A stretch of 32,150 nucleotides of DNA from positions 1-32,150 of the IMG/VR virus record IMGVR_UViG_3300034171_000104. One strand, given 5' to 3'. How positions within the stretch are numbered: position 1 is the stretch's first letter; the number at the start of each line of letters is the position of its first letter. The position numbers and the translations under genes were made by a program. This document shows positions 23,178-32,150 of this stretch, piece by piece. A model generated the notes under the pieces. The model ran no database searches. It was not told the DNA's origin and saw nothing but the letters and a program-made list of their open reading frames with translations. Source of the stretch: a virus. Lineage: Duplodnaviria > Caudoviricetes.

Positions 23178-24494
23178 ATGTCAAAAGTACTGAAACTCCG
23201 CAGCGAACGCGCCCAGCTCAATGAGCAGCTGCAAGCGTTGGCGGTTATGGAAGCGGGTGGCGATTCGCTTACCGCCGAACAGCTGGCCCAGTTCACTGAG
23301 CTGGAAACCAAAATCAACGGCCTGACCGATCAGCTCACCCGCGCTGAGTCGGCAGAACGCATTGCCGCTGCCAGCTCGGTGCCGGTCAGTGAAGGCGCTC
23401 AGGGTATCGCTGGGCCACCCGTCTCGCATGTATCTGGACCTTTTACACCCAAGCCGGTACCCGGTGAGAAGATGGCGCAGATGGTCCGCTTGCTGGCATC
23501 TGCTCAGGGTAACCAGCAGGACGCTGCACGTATGGCCAAGGAAGGAGGCTTTGCTCCTGATGTACACATGGCATTGTCTACCGTTACCCCCGGCGCCGGT
23601 GGCGTGTTGGTTCCGGAGAACTTCGCCACAGACGTGATCGAGTCGCTGCGCCCGCAGTCAGTGGTGCGCAAGATGGGCGCTATCTCGCTGCCCCTGAACA
23701 ACGGTAACTTGACTCTGCCGCGCATCAACGGCAACACCAATGTTGGCTACGTGGGTGAGGAAGAAGACATCCCGCTGACCGGTATGACGTTCGATGACCT
23801 GAAGCTGTCGGCCAAAAAGATGGCGGCGATCGTGCCGATCTCTAATGACCTGATTGCATTCTCCGGCATCAACCCCCGCGTGGATCAGCAAGTAGGCCTT
23901 GACCTCACCGTTAGCATGGGCCTTTCGGAAGACCTGTTCTTTCTGCGCGGCGCAGGTGGCGGCAACATTCCCAAGGGCCTGCGATTCTGGGCACCGGTAG
24001 GTAACCTGGTACCGGCTCCAGCCACCAGCACGCTGAATGACGTAGAACTGTTCCTGTCGGCACTGCTACTGCGGCTTGAAGGTGCCAACGCACACATGCG
24101 TATGCCTGGCTGGGTAATGGCACCGCGCACCCGCCGCTGGCTGGCTGCGTTGCGCGACGGTAACGGCAACAAGGCCTACCCCGAGCTGGACATGATGATG
24201 CTCAAGGGTTACCCGATTGGCCTCTCCACTCAGGTGCCGATCAATTTGGGCGTTGGTGGCGATGAGTCTGAGATCTACTTCAGTGACTTTGGCGACTGCT
24301 ACATCGGCGAGGTGTCCGGGCTAGTCATCAACTTCTCACAGGAAGCCTCCTACAAGGATAGCGAAGGCGTCATGGTTAGCGCCTTTCAGCGAGATCAGAC
24401 GTTGGTGCGCGTGATCGCCAAGCACGACTTTGGCCCGCGCCACGTTGAGTCGATCGCAGTGGGTACCGGAGTCACCTGGGGCGTTGGTATGTAA
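23178..24494 (+). CDS. Major capsid protein (HK97 fold)
   Basis: Coiled-coil delta domain, GGVLVPE, LRDGNG, LKGYPI, DF..YI; GGAGG SD. Confidence 0.95.
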   Translation: MSKVLKLRSERAQLNEQLQALAVMEAGGDSLTAEQLAQFTELETKINGLTDQLTRAESAERIAAASSVPVSEGAQGIAGPPVSHVSGPFTPKPVPGEKMAQMVRLLASAQGNQQDAARMAKEGGFAPDVHMALSTVTPGAGGVLVPENFATDVIESLRPQSVVRKMGAISLPLNNGNLTLPRINGNTNVGYVGEEEDIPLTGMTFDDLKLSAKKMAAIVPISNDLIAFSGINPRVDQQVGLDLTVSMGLSEDLFFLRGAGGGNIPKGLRFWAPVGNLVPAPATSTLNDVELFLSALLLRLEGANAHMRMPGWVMAPRTRRWLAALRDGNGNKAYPELDMMMLKGYPIGLSTQVPINLGVGGDESEIYFSDFGDCYIGEVSGLVINFSQEASYKDSEGVMVSAFQRDQTLVRVIAKHDFGPRHVESIAVGTGVTWGVGM

Positions 24495-24500
24495 GTAGCT

Positions 24501-24526
24501 GCCCCGCCTGAAGGCGGGGCGGTTTT
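24501..24526 (+). terminator. Hairpin/terminator after the capsid gene
   Basis: GCCCCGCC-TGAA-GGCGGGGC followed by GGTTTT. Confidence 0.55.
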
Positions 24527-24555
24527 CCCCTTTAGCATCTACTGAGGTAATCAAC

Positions 24556-24804
24556 ATGAGCAAGCCAACCATCGTGACCTTCCTTAAAAATTGGCAGGGT
24601 TACGCCAAGGGCGAACAGGCCGGATTCGCCGCCGCCAAAGCGGCTGATCTTGAAAAAGCAGGTGTCGCCACTACCGGAAAAAAAGGCGCTGGCAAGGCCA
24701 CTGGCGGTTCTGACGATAAAGGGGCTGCAGAGAAAGCCGCCGCTGAAAAGCTCGCTGCCGACAAAGCCGCAGCGGATAAGGCTGCCAACGAAGGCAAGCC
24801 CTAA
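24556..24804 (+). CDS. Small Ala/Lys-rich head-associated hypothetical protein
   Basis: GAGG SD; AAEK/AADK repeats; position after the capsid gene. Confidence 0.7.
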   Translation: MSKPTIVTFLKNWQGYAKGEQAGFAAAKAADLEKAGVATTGKKGAGKATGGSDDKGAAEKAAAEKLAADKAAADKAANEGKP

Positions 24805-24806
24805 CC

Positions 24807-25367
24807 ATGGCCCGCCGACTCGCTTACACCGGGCTGCCGGTGCTCACGCTGGATGATGTGGCGCGGCAGTGCAGGGTGGATGCAGAAGATGTGCAGCCCG
24901 AACTGATCGAGGAAATCATTATCCCGGGCGTCACCGTCCAAGCTGAGCAGCGCACCGGTGCAGCGATTCGAGAAGCCACCTATGAAGAGGACTGGCCCGA
25001 ATCATATGTATCGGGCAGCCCGCTCGACGTTGGCCAGGCCAGCGACGTGCTGAAGGTAGAAAGGATCCTGCCCGACGGCACGCTGGAGGAGCTGACCGCC
25101 GCTGATGTGCCACGCCACTTGCGCCGTGGCATGCGCGAAAGCTATCTGCACTTTTCATCCGGCCGGCCTTCCGGCTCGCTGCGCATTACCTACACGGCAG
25201 GACTTGACGTCGAAGCCAACCCGGGTGTGCGCAGCTGGATGTTGATGCATGCCGGTAGCGCTTATGCGCTTCGAGAAACGCTGGTGGTGGGCACCATTCT
25301 GGCGCGCATTCCGGAAAGCTATACCGACGGCATGTTGGCTGACATAACAGTTCCCCCGAGGTTCTAA
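24807..25367 (+). CDS. Head-tail connector/adaptor
   Basis: LTLDDV..QCRVD...AEQRTG, ITYTAG, Y..RE; synteny. Confidence 0.8.
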   Translation: MARRLAYTGLPVLTLDDVARQCRVDAEDVQPELIEEIIIPGVTVQAEQRTGAAIREATYEEDWPESYVSGSPLDVGQASDVLKVERILPDGTLEELTAADVPRHLRRGMRESYLHFSSGRPSGSLRITYTAGLDVEANPGVRSWMLMHAGSAYALRETLVVGTILARIPESYTDGMLADITVPPRF

Positions 25368-25564
25368 TGAATATCGACACCAACACGCTGCTTAGCACCA
25401 TCGCAGCCCAGACTCAAGCTATGCAAGACCTGACCGGCTCGATCAATGACCTGGTAGAAACCAACCGCGCTCTGATCGATATCGTCACGGGCGAAGATGT
25501 TCAGGAAGATAGCCGGCTCGAGCGCGACACCTACATGGACGGCACGCCCATTTTCGGAGATTGA
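25367..25564 (+). CDS. Hypothetical protein
   Basis: Coupled ORF ending TYMDGTPI. Confidence 0.65.
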   Translation: MNIDTNTLLSTIAAQTQAMQDLTGSINDLVETNRALIDIVTGEDVQEDSRLERDTYMDGTPIFGD

Positions 25565-25566
25565 CC

Positions 25567-25899
25567 ATGCAAGCCGGCAAACTGAACAAGCGGGTTAGGC
25601 TGCAAAGACCCGCGCGAACGCAGGATGAGGATACAGGCGGCATGATCGATGGTTGGGAGGAAGTGCGTACGCAGTTCGCTTCAATCGAGCCTCTCAGCGC
25701 TAACGCATTCATCGCCGCCCAGGCCGTTCAATCCAAGGTCAGCACGCGTATTGTGCTGCGCTACCGCGACGACATAACAGCTAGTTGGCGGGTTTTGCAC
25801 AAGGGCAGGACCTACAACATCGAAGGTGTGTTGCCCGATCCTGACAGTGGTACCGAATACATCACGCTGCCATGCAGCCAGGGGGTTAACAATGGCTGA
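25567..25899 (+). CDS. Head closure protein (SPP1 gp16-like)
   Basis: MQAGKL.KRV.LQ, ASIEPLS, RYR.DI...WRV, YNIEGVLPD. Confidence 0.88.
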   Translation: MQAGKLNKRVRLQRPARTQDEDTGGMIDGWEEVRTQFASIEPLSANAFIAAQAVQSKVSTRIVLRYRDDITASWRVLHKGRTYNIEGVLPDPDSGTEYITLPCSQGVNNG

Positions 25900-26428
25900 C
25901 GGTGTCGACTATCAGCTGACGGGCATTGAAGATCTGATCGGCAAACTGGACGCCGTAGTGTATGAAACCAAATACAAAGGCGGCCGCTTCGCCCTGCGCA
26001 AGGCTGCACAGCTGATTCGGGATAAAGCCCGGGCCAATGCCATGCGGCTGGATGATCCCGCAACCGCGCAAAGCATTGCAAAGAACGTGGCAGAGCGCTG
26101 GAACGGGAGCTTGTTCAAGCGTACCGGTGACTTGGGCTTTCGTATTGGGGTACTGGGCGGCGCCAAGCAGTATGCCGACACCAAGGCCAACCGCAGGGGC
26201 GTGCGCGTAGGGGAGACCTATAAAACGGGTGGATCCTCCGGCAACCCAGGTGGCGATACTTTCTACTGGCGCTTCATTGAGTTCGGTACCAGTAAACTCC
26301 GAGCGCAACCGTTTCTGCGACCAGCGATGGAAAACAACCTGGACGCGGCGACCACCGAGTTTATTAAGCAGTATGGCAAGGCGCTTGATCGGGCCATCAA
26401 AAAGGCCAGCAAAGCCAGCAGGAGTTGA
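25892..26428 (+). CDS. HK97 gp10-family tail completion protein
   Basis: FYWRFIEFGTSK..AQPFLRPA. Confidence 0.9.
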   Translation: MADGVDYQLTGIEDLIGKLDAVVYETKYKGGRFALRKAAQLIRDKARANAMRLDDPATAQSIAKNVAERWNGSLFKRTGDLGFRIGVLGGAKQYADTKANRRGVRVGETYKTGGSSGNPGGDTFYWRFIEFGTSKLRAQPFLRPAMENNLDAATTEFIKQYGKALDRAIKKASKASRS

Positions 26429-26430
26429 TC

Positions 26431-26796
26431 ATGTACCCTCCCATTTTTAAAGTCGTGTCACAGGCTCCTGCCGCCGCTGCACTGCTTGGTAACAGCCCTG
26501 TACGATTTTGGCCGTTCGGTGAAGCGGAAGAGAATGCAGCGCTGCCCTACGCCGTATGGCAAACCATCGCAGGCAGCCCCGAGAACTACCTCGGTGACCT
26601 CCCGGACATGGACGGTTACACGCTTCAAGTGGATGTCTACGGTAGCAGTATTTCCACTGTCCAGAGCGCTGCTAGAGCAATCAGGGATGCCCTCGAACCG
26701 CATGCTCATATTGTTGCGTGGCGGGGCGAGAGCCGCGAACAAGACACCAAGCTGTACCGCATTTCATTCGACGTCGACTGGCTAGTCCAGCGATAA
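26431..26796 (+). CDS. Tail terminator (DUF3168-like)
   Basis: PYAVWQ.I.GSPENYL...PD.D....QVDVY. Confidence 0.85.
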   Translation: MYPPIFKVVSQAPAAAALLGNSPVRFWPFGEAEENAALPYAVWQTIAGSPENYLGDLPDMDGYTLQVDVYGSSISTVQSAARAIRDALEPHAHIVAWRGESREQDTKLYRISFDVDWLVQR

Positions 26797-26814
26797 CACA
26801 GAGCAAGCCCAAAC

Positions 26815-26839
26815 AACCCGCTTTGGCGGGTTTTTTATT
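26815..26839 (+). terminator. Intrinsic terminator before the tail tube gene
   Basis: AACCCGC-TTTG-GCGGGTT followed by a T run. Confidence 0.7.
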
Positions 26840-26866
26840 GCACAAAAACCCCCGAGGAACTACACC

Positions 26867-27364
26867 ATGGCAATTCTTGCACAAGGCACACAAATCTATG
26901 CATTAGTGCCAACTGTCGCCGACTCCGCCGTTCTCGAAGTTATCGAGATTGAATGCGCGACCACTTTCAGTCCTGGAGGCAACCCTGCCGATCAAATCGA
27001 GGTCACATGCTTGAGCGATGCTGTTCGAAAGTATCTGCGCGGGTTGCGTACTCCGGGTCAAGCATCTATGTCGATAAATGCCGACCCGCGCAATGATTCG
27101 CACGTTCGCCTTTATGAACTGAGCGAAGACGACAGCATCGAGAACGTCATGTGGGCAGTCGGCTGGTCTGATGGCAAGGACATTCCGCCGACACTGAACG
27201 TCGCAGGGGATGACTTCGAGCTGCCGACCACGCGGACGTGGTTCATCTTCGAGGGCTATGTCTCTGACTTCCCGTTCGACTTTGCCGCTAACACTGTGGT
27301 TACCACTGCGGCGACCATTCAGCGCTCTGGCGGGTCGGCATGGATTCGTAAGGCGGCTGTGTGA
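26867..27364 (+). CDS. Major tail tube protein
   Basis: [39 protein letters not shown]. Confidence 0.9.
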   Translation: MAILAQGTQIYALVPTVADSAVLEVIEIECATTFSPGGNPADQIEVTCLSDAVRKYLRGLRTPGQASMSINADPRNDSHVRLYELSEDDSIENVMWAVGWSDGKDIPPTLNVAGDDFELPTTRTWFIFEGYVSDFPFDFAANTVVTTAATIQRSGGSAWIRKAAV

Positions 27365-27717
27365 TGGATCTGTCTATTACCTCACTCACTAGCCTGGGCG
27401 CCTTTACCGGCGCTCCGGTTGAGCGTGATATTACATGGAAGCACGGCGACGAGGACGTGACCGCGACGGTCTACGTTCGCCCGCTGTCCTACAACTCCGC
27501 CCTTGGCGATATCTACGCAGCACGCAACAAGGGCGACCCGGTAGCGGCACGCATTGCCCACTCGATCTGCGACAAGGAAGGCAAAGCCGTATTTACCCCG
27601 GAGGACATTACCGGCGAAGCTGATCCAGATCGCGGCCCGCTTGATGGCGCGCTGACTATGGCGCTGCTGACAGTTATCGGTGAAGTGAACGGCATGGGAA
27701 AGACGAAGGCGAGCTAA
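27364..27717 (+). CDS. Tail assembly chaperone (gpG-like)
   Basis: Position after the tube gene; ends just after a G-GGA-AAG slippery site. Confidence 0.85.
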   Translation: MDLSITSLTSLGAFTGAPVERDITWKHGDEDVTATVYVRPLSYNSALGDIYAARNKGDPVAARIAHSICDKEGKAVFTPEDITGEADPDRGPLDGALTMALLTVIGEVNGMGKTKAS

Positions 27718-28007
27718 GCGACGAGGACGAACTCTGGCACGATCTAGTCCTTAACGGGATTGGAGGCTGCACGATTGTCGAGGCCAAGGAACGGCTGACC
27801 GTTCGCGAGTTCTATTCATGGGTGCGCTACATCAACAAGCGCGGATCGCTCAATGCGGGCCGTCACGTTGAGCGCGGATCTGCTTTGCTCGCCACGCTTT
27901 ATGCTAACCGCAACAGCAAGGACGGCGGGTACAAGCTGCACGACTTCATGCCGCATGAGCAAGAGAAGGAACTGACTCTCGACCAGGCGATGAAGGAATG
28001 GGCGTGA
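27696..28007 (+). CDS. -1 frameshift extension of the chaperone (gpT-like part of gpGT)
   Basis: The -1 frame is open from the slippery site to 28007: GKDEGELSDEDELWHDLVLNGIGGCTIVEAKERL...W.RY..KRGSLN...DFMPHE. Confidence 0.85.
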   Translation, partial: GKDEGELSDEDELWHDLVLNGIGGCTIVEAKERLTVREFYSWVRYINKRGSLNAGRHVERGSALLATLYANRNSKDGGYKLHDFMPHEQEKELTLDQAMKEWA

Positions 28008-28071
28008 TTAGTGCGCGGGAACCGGATAATGGTAGATTGCCGCTTTATCAACCATTGCCAGGAGGCTCAAC

Positions 28072-28377
28072 ATGAACCGCATGCCTATAGCTCTAGCTTT
28101 CTTCTTGTTTTCAGTTCCGGCCCTTTCTGATGACGTGTGCGACAAAGTGTCTAAGGCGGCTATGACGGTAATGCACGGACGTCAAGACGGAGCTCCAATG
28201 GCTGCCATGATGGGCGCTGCACAGATGCAGGATAGTGAAAGCTATAGAGCGTTGACCCGAGAGCTTGTGATCGACGCCTATCGCATCGAACGCCGATTTT
28301 CAGATGAATTGAAATTGCGCGAGGTTACCGAGTTCGGGAACAGGGCATATCAGGCATGCCTGGAATCTGGCACTTAG
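28072..28377 (+). CDS. Exported/periplasmic moron protein
   Basis: Signal-peptide-like N-terminus, two Cys, AGGAGG SD, own downstream terminator. Confidence 0.75.
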   Translation: MNRMPIALAFFLFSVPALSDDVCDKVSKAAMTVMHGRQDGAPMAAMMGAAQMQDSESYRALTRELVIDAYRIERRFSDELKLREVTEFGNRAYQACLESGT

Positions 28378-28395
28378 TATCAAAAGAAACGACAA

Positions 28396-28421
28396 GCCCC
28401 GCTCATGCGGGGTTTTTTATT
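28396..28421 (+). terminator. Intrinsic terminator after the moron
   Basis: GCCCCGC-TCAT-GCGGGGT followed by a T run. Confidence 0.75.
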
Positions 28422-28437
28422 GCCCAAAGGAAACCCC

Positions 28438-30777
28438 ATGGCCTCTAAATCGCTCGGCACGCTCACGCTCGATCTTGTCGCCAGAACGGGCGGGTTCGTT
28501 CAGGGCATGGACAAAGCGGAGCGTTCGTCAAAGAAGTGGCGCAAGCAGGTCGAGAAAGACGCGCAGGCCATTGGCAAAGGCATCGGCATTGCTGCTGCTG
28601 CCGTAGCCGCCGCAACTACGGCGATGGTTATCTCGACCGTGAAGTCCGCCAACGAGATCAGCCGGCTGTCTCAGGTATCGAACGTCTCCGCCGAAGCGTT
28701 CCAGCGGTACGCTGCGGGCGCCAAGGTCGTCGGTATCGAGCAGGACAAGCTGGGCGATATCTTCAAGGATACCAACGACAAGCTGGGCGACTTCATGCAG
28801 ACGGGCGCTGGCCCGCTCGCTGACTTCTTCGAGCAGGTAGCGCCTCAGATCGGCGTAACTGCTGATATGTTCCGCGACCTGTCAGGCCCGGACGCGTTGC
28901 AGCTTTACGTTTCCAGCCTGGAAAAGGCGAACGTATCGCAAAACGACATGACCTTCTACATGGAGGCCATCGCGTCGGATGCGACTCTGCTGTTGCCACT
29001 GCTGCGCGACAACGGGGCCGGCTTCAAGCTGCTGGGTGATGAGGCGGAGCGTGCCGGCGCGATCATGGGTAATGACACGTTGTCCGCTGCCGACGAGCTA
29101 AGCGCGGCCATGTTCCTGATGGATCAGACGACTACGGGGCTCAAGAACAAGATAATGGAGCAGGTCTTGCCTGCCCTGTCTGGAATGGCCGTTTCGCTCT
29201 CAGATGTCGCCATGGATGGCGCTATAGCAGAAGACGTGGGCGAAACGCTCACAGGCACTATTAAAGGGATAGCCGCCGCCGCCGTGGGCACCTTCGCCGC
29301 TATTCAGCTGTTACGCAGAGGGATAGCCGGACTGGCGCTTGCCTCTGAAACCGCCACCGATGGCGAGTGGTATGAAAAGATCATTCCGCCGTTACTTGCG
29401 CGGCGAATGTATAAGAATTGGGGAAAAACGAAGGAAGTCCTGAACATAGTTGGTGAAGACATTGACGACACCGCGCAGAAGTACGCGACCATGCTCAATG
29501 GCATCTGGGACGCTGGTACCGAGGATGAGGCGGCGGACGGCACAAGCCGGATAGAGATGGTGGCGCGGCTTCTGAAAGAGGCCCGCGAAGCTGCAGGCCA
29601 GGCTGGCGGCGACTTCCGCGCTCTCGGCAAGGACTGGGACAAGGCAGGCAAGGAGGCACAGAAAGCTGCCGACAATATCCGTAACCAGATCAGCGCCCTT
29701 GAAGTCGCTGCCGACACATGGGGTATGGCTGCTGGCGAGGTCAAGCTTTACACCCTGGAGCAGGAAGGCGCCACCGAAACTCAGATCGACTACGCCAGAT
29801 CGTTGATCGAAACCGTAGAGAATCTGGAGTTATCCAAAAAGGCGCATGAGGATTACGCCGACCTGCTGAAAGATCTTCGCACGGACGAAGAAGTCTTGAC
29901 CGACCAGATGCGCGAGCGGCTTGCCGTGCTTGATGCCATGTCTGGGCTGACTGACGCTCAGCGCATGGATACAGCGGGCCGGATTGTCTCGGATAGCTTT
30001 GAAGAGGCCCCAGACTATGCGGGCCTTGACGCAACAATAGGCGGTCCTGCTGGCGAACTGGACAAGCTCGACGAGGCTCAGGAGAAGCTGCAGGAGTGGT
30101 ACGACACGCAGCTTTCGATGCTTGACGAGTATCGCTCTGAGCGCGCCGACCTGGCCGAGCAATGGGATGAGCAAGAGCTTGATCTCAAGGCCGAGCACGA
30201 AGAGAAGATGGCCGAGATTGAGCGCGCTCGCCAGCTGACGCAGATGGCCGCTGGCGAAGAGTTCTTCGGCAACCTGGCGGGGGCTGCCAAGGCGTTTTTC
30301 GGAGAAAACTCCAAGCTATACCGGGCAGCCTTCGCTATGGAGAAAGGCTACGCCATCGCCAAAGCCCTGATGAACGTGCCGAAGTCCTACTCGGATGCGT
30401 TCGCAGCAGTGGTCGGTATTCCAGTGGTCGGCCCAGCTCTTGCTCCGGTTGCTGGTGTCGCGGCTGCCGCGGCTCAAGTTGCACAGGCTGCGGCCATCGG
30501 CAACATCGGCATGGCGCACGATGGCATGGACAGCATTCCCAAGACAGGCAGCTGGATACTTGAAAAAGGCGAGCGCGTAACGACTGCCGAAACCAGCGCC
30601 AAGCTTGATGGCGTACTTGAGGATATTCGCCGAGGCGGGGCTGGTGGTCGGGGCGGCGGTAATTCATCCGTCAATCAGAGCATCTACGTCACCGGGTCGG
30701 TGGACAAGCGCACGTCTAGCCAGATGGCCAATGACGCGGCTCGCAAACAGAAACAAGTCCAAGCGAGGCTAGGCTGA
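28438..30777 (+). CDS. Tape measure protein
   Basis: SLGTLTLDL.A..GGF..GMDKAER start, helical Ala-rich body, C-terminal GMAHDG...P..G.W.L..GERV. Confidence 0.92.
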   Translation: MASKSLGTLTLDLVARTGGFVQGMDKAERSSKKWRKQVEKDAQAIGKGIGIAAAAVAAATTAMVISTVKSANEISRLSQVSNVSAEAFQRYAAGAKVVGIEQDKLGDIFKDTNDKLGDFMQTGAGPLADFFEQVAPQIGVTADMFRDLSGPDALQLYVSSLEKANVSQNDMTFYMEAIASDATLLLPLLRDNGAGFKLLGDEAERAGAIMGNDTLSAADELSAAMFLMDQTTTGLKNKIMEQVLPALSGMAVSLSDVAMDGAIAEDVGETLTGTIKGIAAAAVGTFAAIQLLRRGIAGLALASETATDGEWYEKIIPPLLARRMYKNWGKTKEVLNIVGEDIDDTAQKYATMLNGIWDAGTEDEAADGTSRIEMVARLLKEAREAAGQAGGDFRALGKDWDKAGKEAQKAADNIRNQISALEVAADTWGMAAGEVKLYTLEQEGATETQIDYARSLIETVENLELSKKAHEDYADLLKDLRTDEEVLTDQMRERLAVLDAMSGLTDAQRMDTAGRIVSDSFEEAPDYAGLDATIGGPAGELDKLDEAQEKLQEWYDTQLSMLDEYRSERADLAEQWDEQELDLKAEHEEKMAEIERARQLTQMAAGEEFFGNLAGAAKAFFGENSKLYRAAFAMEKGYAIAKALMNVPKSYSDAFAAVVGIPVVGPALAPVAGVAAAAAQVAQAAAIGNIGMAHDGMDSIPKTGSWILEKGERVTTAETSAKLDGVLEDIRRGGAGGRGGGNSSVNQSIYVTGSVDKRTSSQMANDAARKQKQVQARLG

Positions 30778-31370
30778 TGTTCAACGAATCCCGCATCCTT
30801 GACCGCGTGGCCTATGGCTCGCAATTCGGCATGGAATTCAGCACGCGCATAAATTCGCTGAGATCCGGCGTCGAGCGGCGCAATGCTAACTGGTCTGCGC
30901 CGCTGTGCCACGGCTCGCTGATGTACCAGAACCTCGACTATGCCGACCATGCCCTGGTGCGTGATGCGCACATGGCCTGCATGGGATCGCTTGTCGCATT
31001 CCGGTTCAAGGACTGGACAGACTATCAGGCAGATGCCCAGGTGATCGGCGAAGGCTCTGGCGTTGAGCAGGCGCTACAGCTCGTCAAGGTCTACACGTTC
31101 GGCCCGCTCGCTCTCTCGCGCCCAATCAAGAAGCCAGTCAGCGGCACAGCCAGTATCTTTGAGGACGGAGTTGTCACTGCTGCAGTCATCGACTACACGA
31201 CCGGCCTGGTCACGCTCACCGCTGCGCCGGGCTCTGTCATTACATGGTCTGGTGAGTTCGACGTTCCGGTCAGGTTCGTTTCTGATCGCTTGGACAGTGA
31301 CCCGGTTGCAAGGCGCCAGGCCGGCTTCATCCTCAGCTCGGACGTAGATCTGATCGAGGTTCGCCTGTGA
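30777..31370 (+). CDS. DUF2460 distal tail protein (GTA-like)
   Basis: SG.ERRN.NWS, FRFKDW.DY, RPI.KPV.GT, FDVPVRF..D. Confidence 0.87.
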   Translation: MFNESRILDRVAYGSQFGMEFSTRINSLRSGVERRNANWSAPLCHGSLMYQNLDYADHALVRDAHMACMGSLVAFRFKDWTDYQADAQVIGEGSGVEQALQLVKVYTFGPLALSRPIKKPVSGTASIFEDGVVTAAVIDYTTGLVTLTAAPGSVITWSGEFDVPVRFVSDRLDSDPVARRQAGFILSSDVDLIEVRL

Positions 31371-32150
31371 GCCGGAACATCCCCCCGGCGCTGCTAGCTC
31401 ACTTACAGCAGCCCGTGACCACGACTTGCCGCCTTCTTCGCTTCACGCTCAAGGATGGCAGAGAGTTCGGTATGACGACACTTGACCGGGACGTGGAATA
31501 TCTAGGCGTCACTTATAGCGCGGTCAATGGCTTCGATCCCTCGATCATAGCTACTGACACCGGCCTGTCAGTTGATAACGCAGAGGCGTATGCGCTGCTA
31601 TCTGCTGACGTACCGGGCATCACCGTTGAGATGGTCGCAGCGGGCGAGCTTGACGACGCCCAATGGCAGATGACGCTGATCAATTGGGCCGATCTGTCTA
31701 TGGGCCACATGATCGTGGATGCTGGCGATGTGGGCGAAGTGAACACAGAGGACGGCGTAGTGTGGATGCCTGAGCTTTTGTCGTATGCCATGCGCCTTCG
31801 CCAGCCGATCGGGCATTTCTGGTCGCGCAATTGCCGGGCCACGTTTGGATCTGATCAGGATACGCAAACCGGATGCGGCGTTGATGCTGTTGCGCTATTC
31901 CAGTCCGGGGCAGTGAGCAGCGTAGGCGATGAGCCGTTCCGCGTCTTCGCTGATTCCAGCCTAGTCATCGACCCTCTGCCAAACACCGCCAGAGTGCAGT
32001 GGCTCACAGGCCCGAACGCAGGTCAGCGGTTGTATCAGGTCGAAGGCTATGGCCCGCTGACCGGCACTGTCGCACTGGTGGAGCCTACCCCGTTTGAGAT
32101 TGTCGCTGGGCATACATTTCGCATTCGCCCTGACTGCGACAAGACGCCAG
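31367..32150 (+). CDS. DUF2163 baseplate hub protein, 3'-truncated by the window; absent from the ORF track
   Basis: GTG start overlapping the upstream stop: MSRNIPPALLAHLQQPVTTTCRLLR...DG..FG.T.LDRD; later C.A.FG...C and CDK motifs. Confidence 0.85.
   Translation, partial: MSRNIPPALLAHLQQPVTTTCRLLRFTLKDGREFGMTTLDRDVEYLGVTYSAVNGFDPSIIATDTGLSVDNAEAYALLSADVPGITVEMVAAGELDDAQWQMTLINWADLSMGHMIVDAGDVGEVNTEDGVVWMPELLSYAMRLRQPIGHFWSRNCRATFGSDQDTQTGCGVDAVALFQSGAVSSVGDEPFRVFADSSLVIDPLPNTARVQWLTGPNAGQRLYQVEGYGPLTGTVALVEPTPFEIVAGHTFRIRPDCDKTP

Noticed and set aside
24700-24800. AAEK/AADK repeats as an array or variable region
   Set aside because: Low-complexity coding repeats with divergent codons; no repeat-spacer structure.
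18462-31867. Numerous antisense ORFs across the structural genes
   Set aside because: Expected shadow frames in GC-rich coding DNA; no motifs or expression signals.
1-32150. CRISPR array, reverse transcriptase/DGR, IS element, intron or intein
   Set aside because: No regular repeat-spacer array, RT or transposase motifs, or splicing signatures seen by eye.

Overview
About 32 kb of a temperate, long-tailed (siphovirus-like) phage of a Pseudomonas-like gammaproteobacterium; the host is inferred from gene families and composition. The attP site is intact, with phage genes on both sides of a tRNA-Arg(CCT) 3' half, so this looks like the excised, circular or virion form rather than an integrated prophage. 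Gene order: csrA/rsmA homolog; amidase endolysin and overlapping i-/o-spanins; AT-rich membrane moron; tyrosine integrase; attP; a long leftward early operon (AlpA-like xis, ASCH-like, cupin-like, HD hydrolase, YfdQ/YfdP-like, PrtN-like, KilAC antirepressor); cI/cro switch with five TTACC-N4-GGTAA-type operators; cII-like; TraR/DksA; Gp37/Gp68; primase and SF3 helicase; repeat-rich ori; Q-like gene; holin; HNH; terminases; HK97-like head; tail with a -1 frameshifted chaperone; tape measure; DUF2460/DUF2163 tail tip, truncated by the window end. The strongest unexplained signal is a bipartite element: a hairpin presenting CCACCCACCAC, followed 21-23 nt later by GACACAACCATG. It occurs three times, always in transcript sense, and two copies sit where lambda has nutL and nutR. 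All family calls come from motif recognition; no database search was run.
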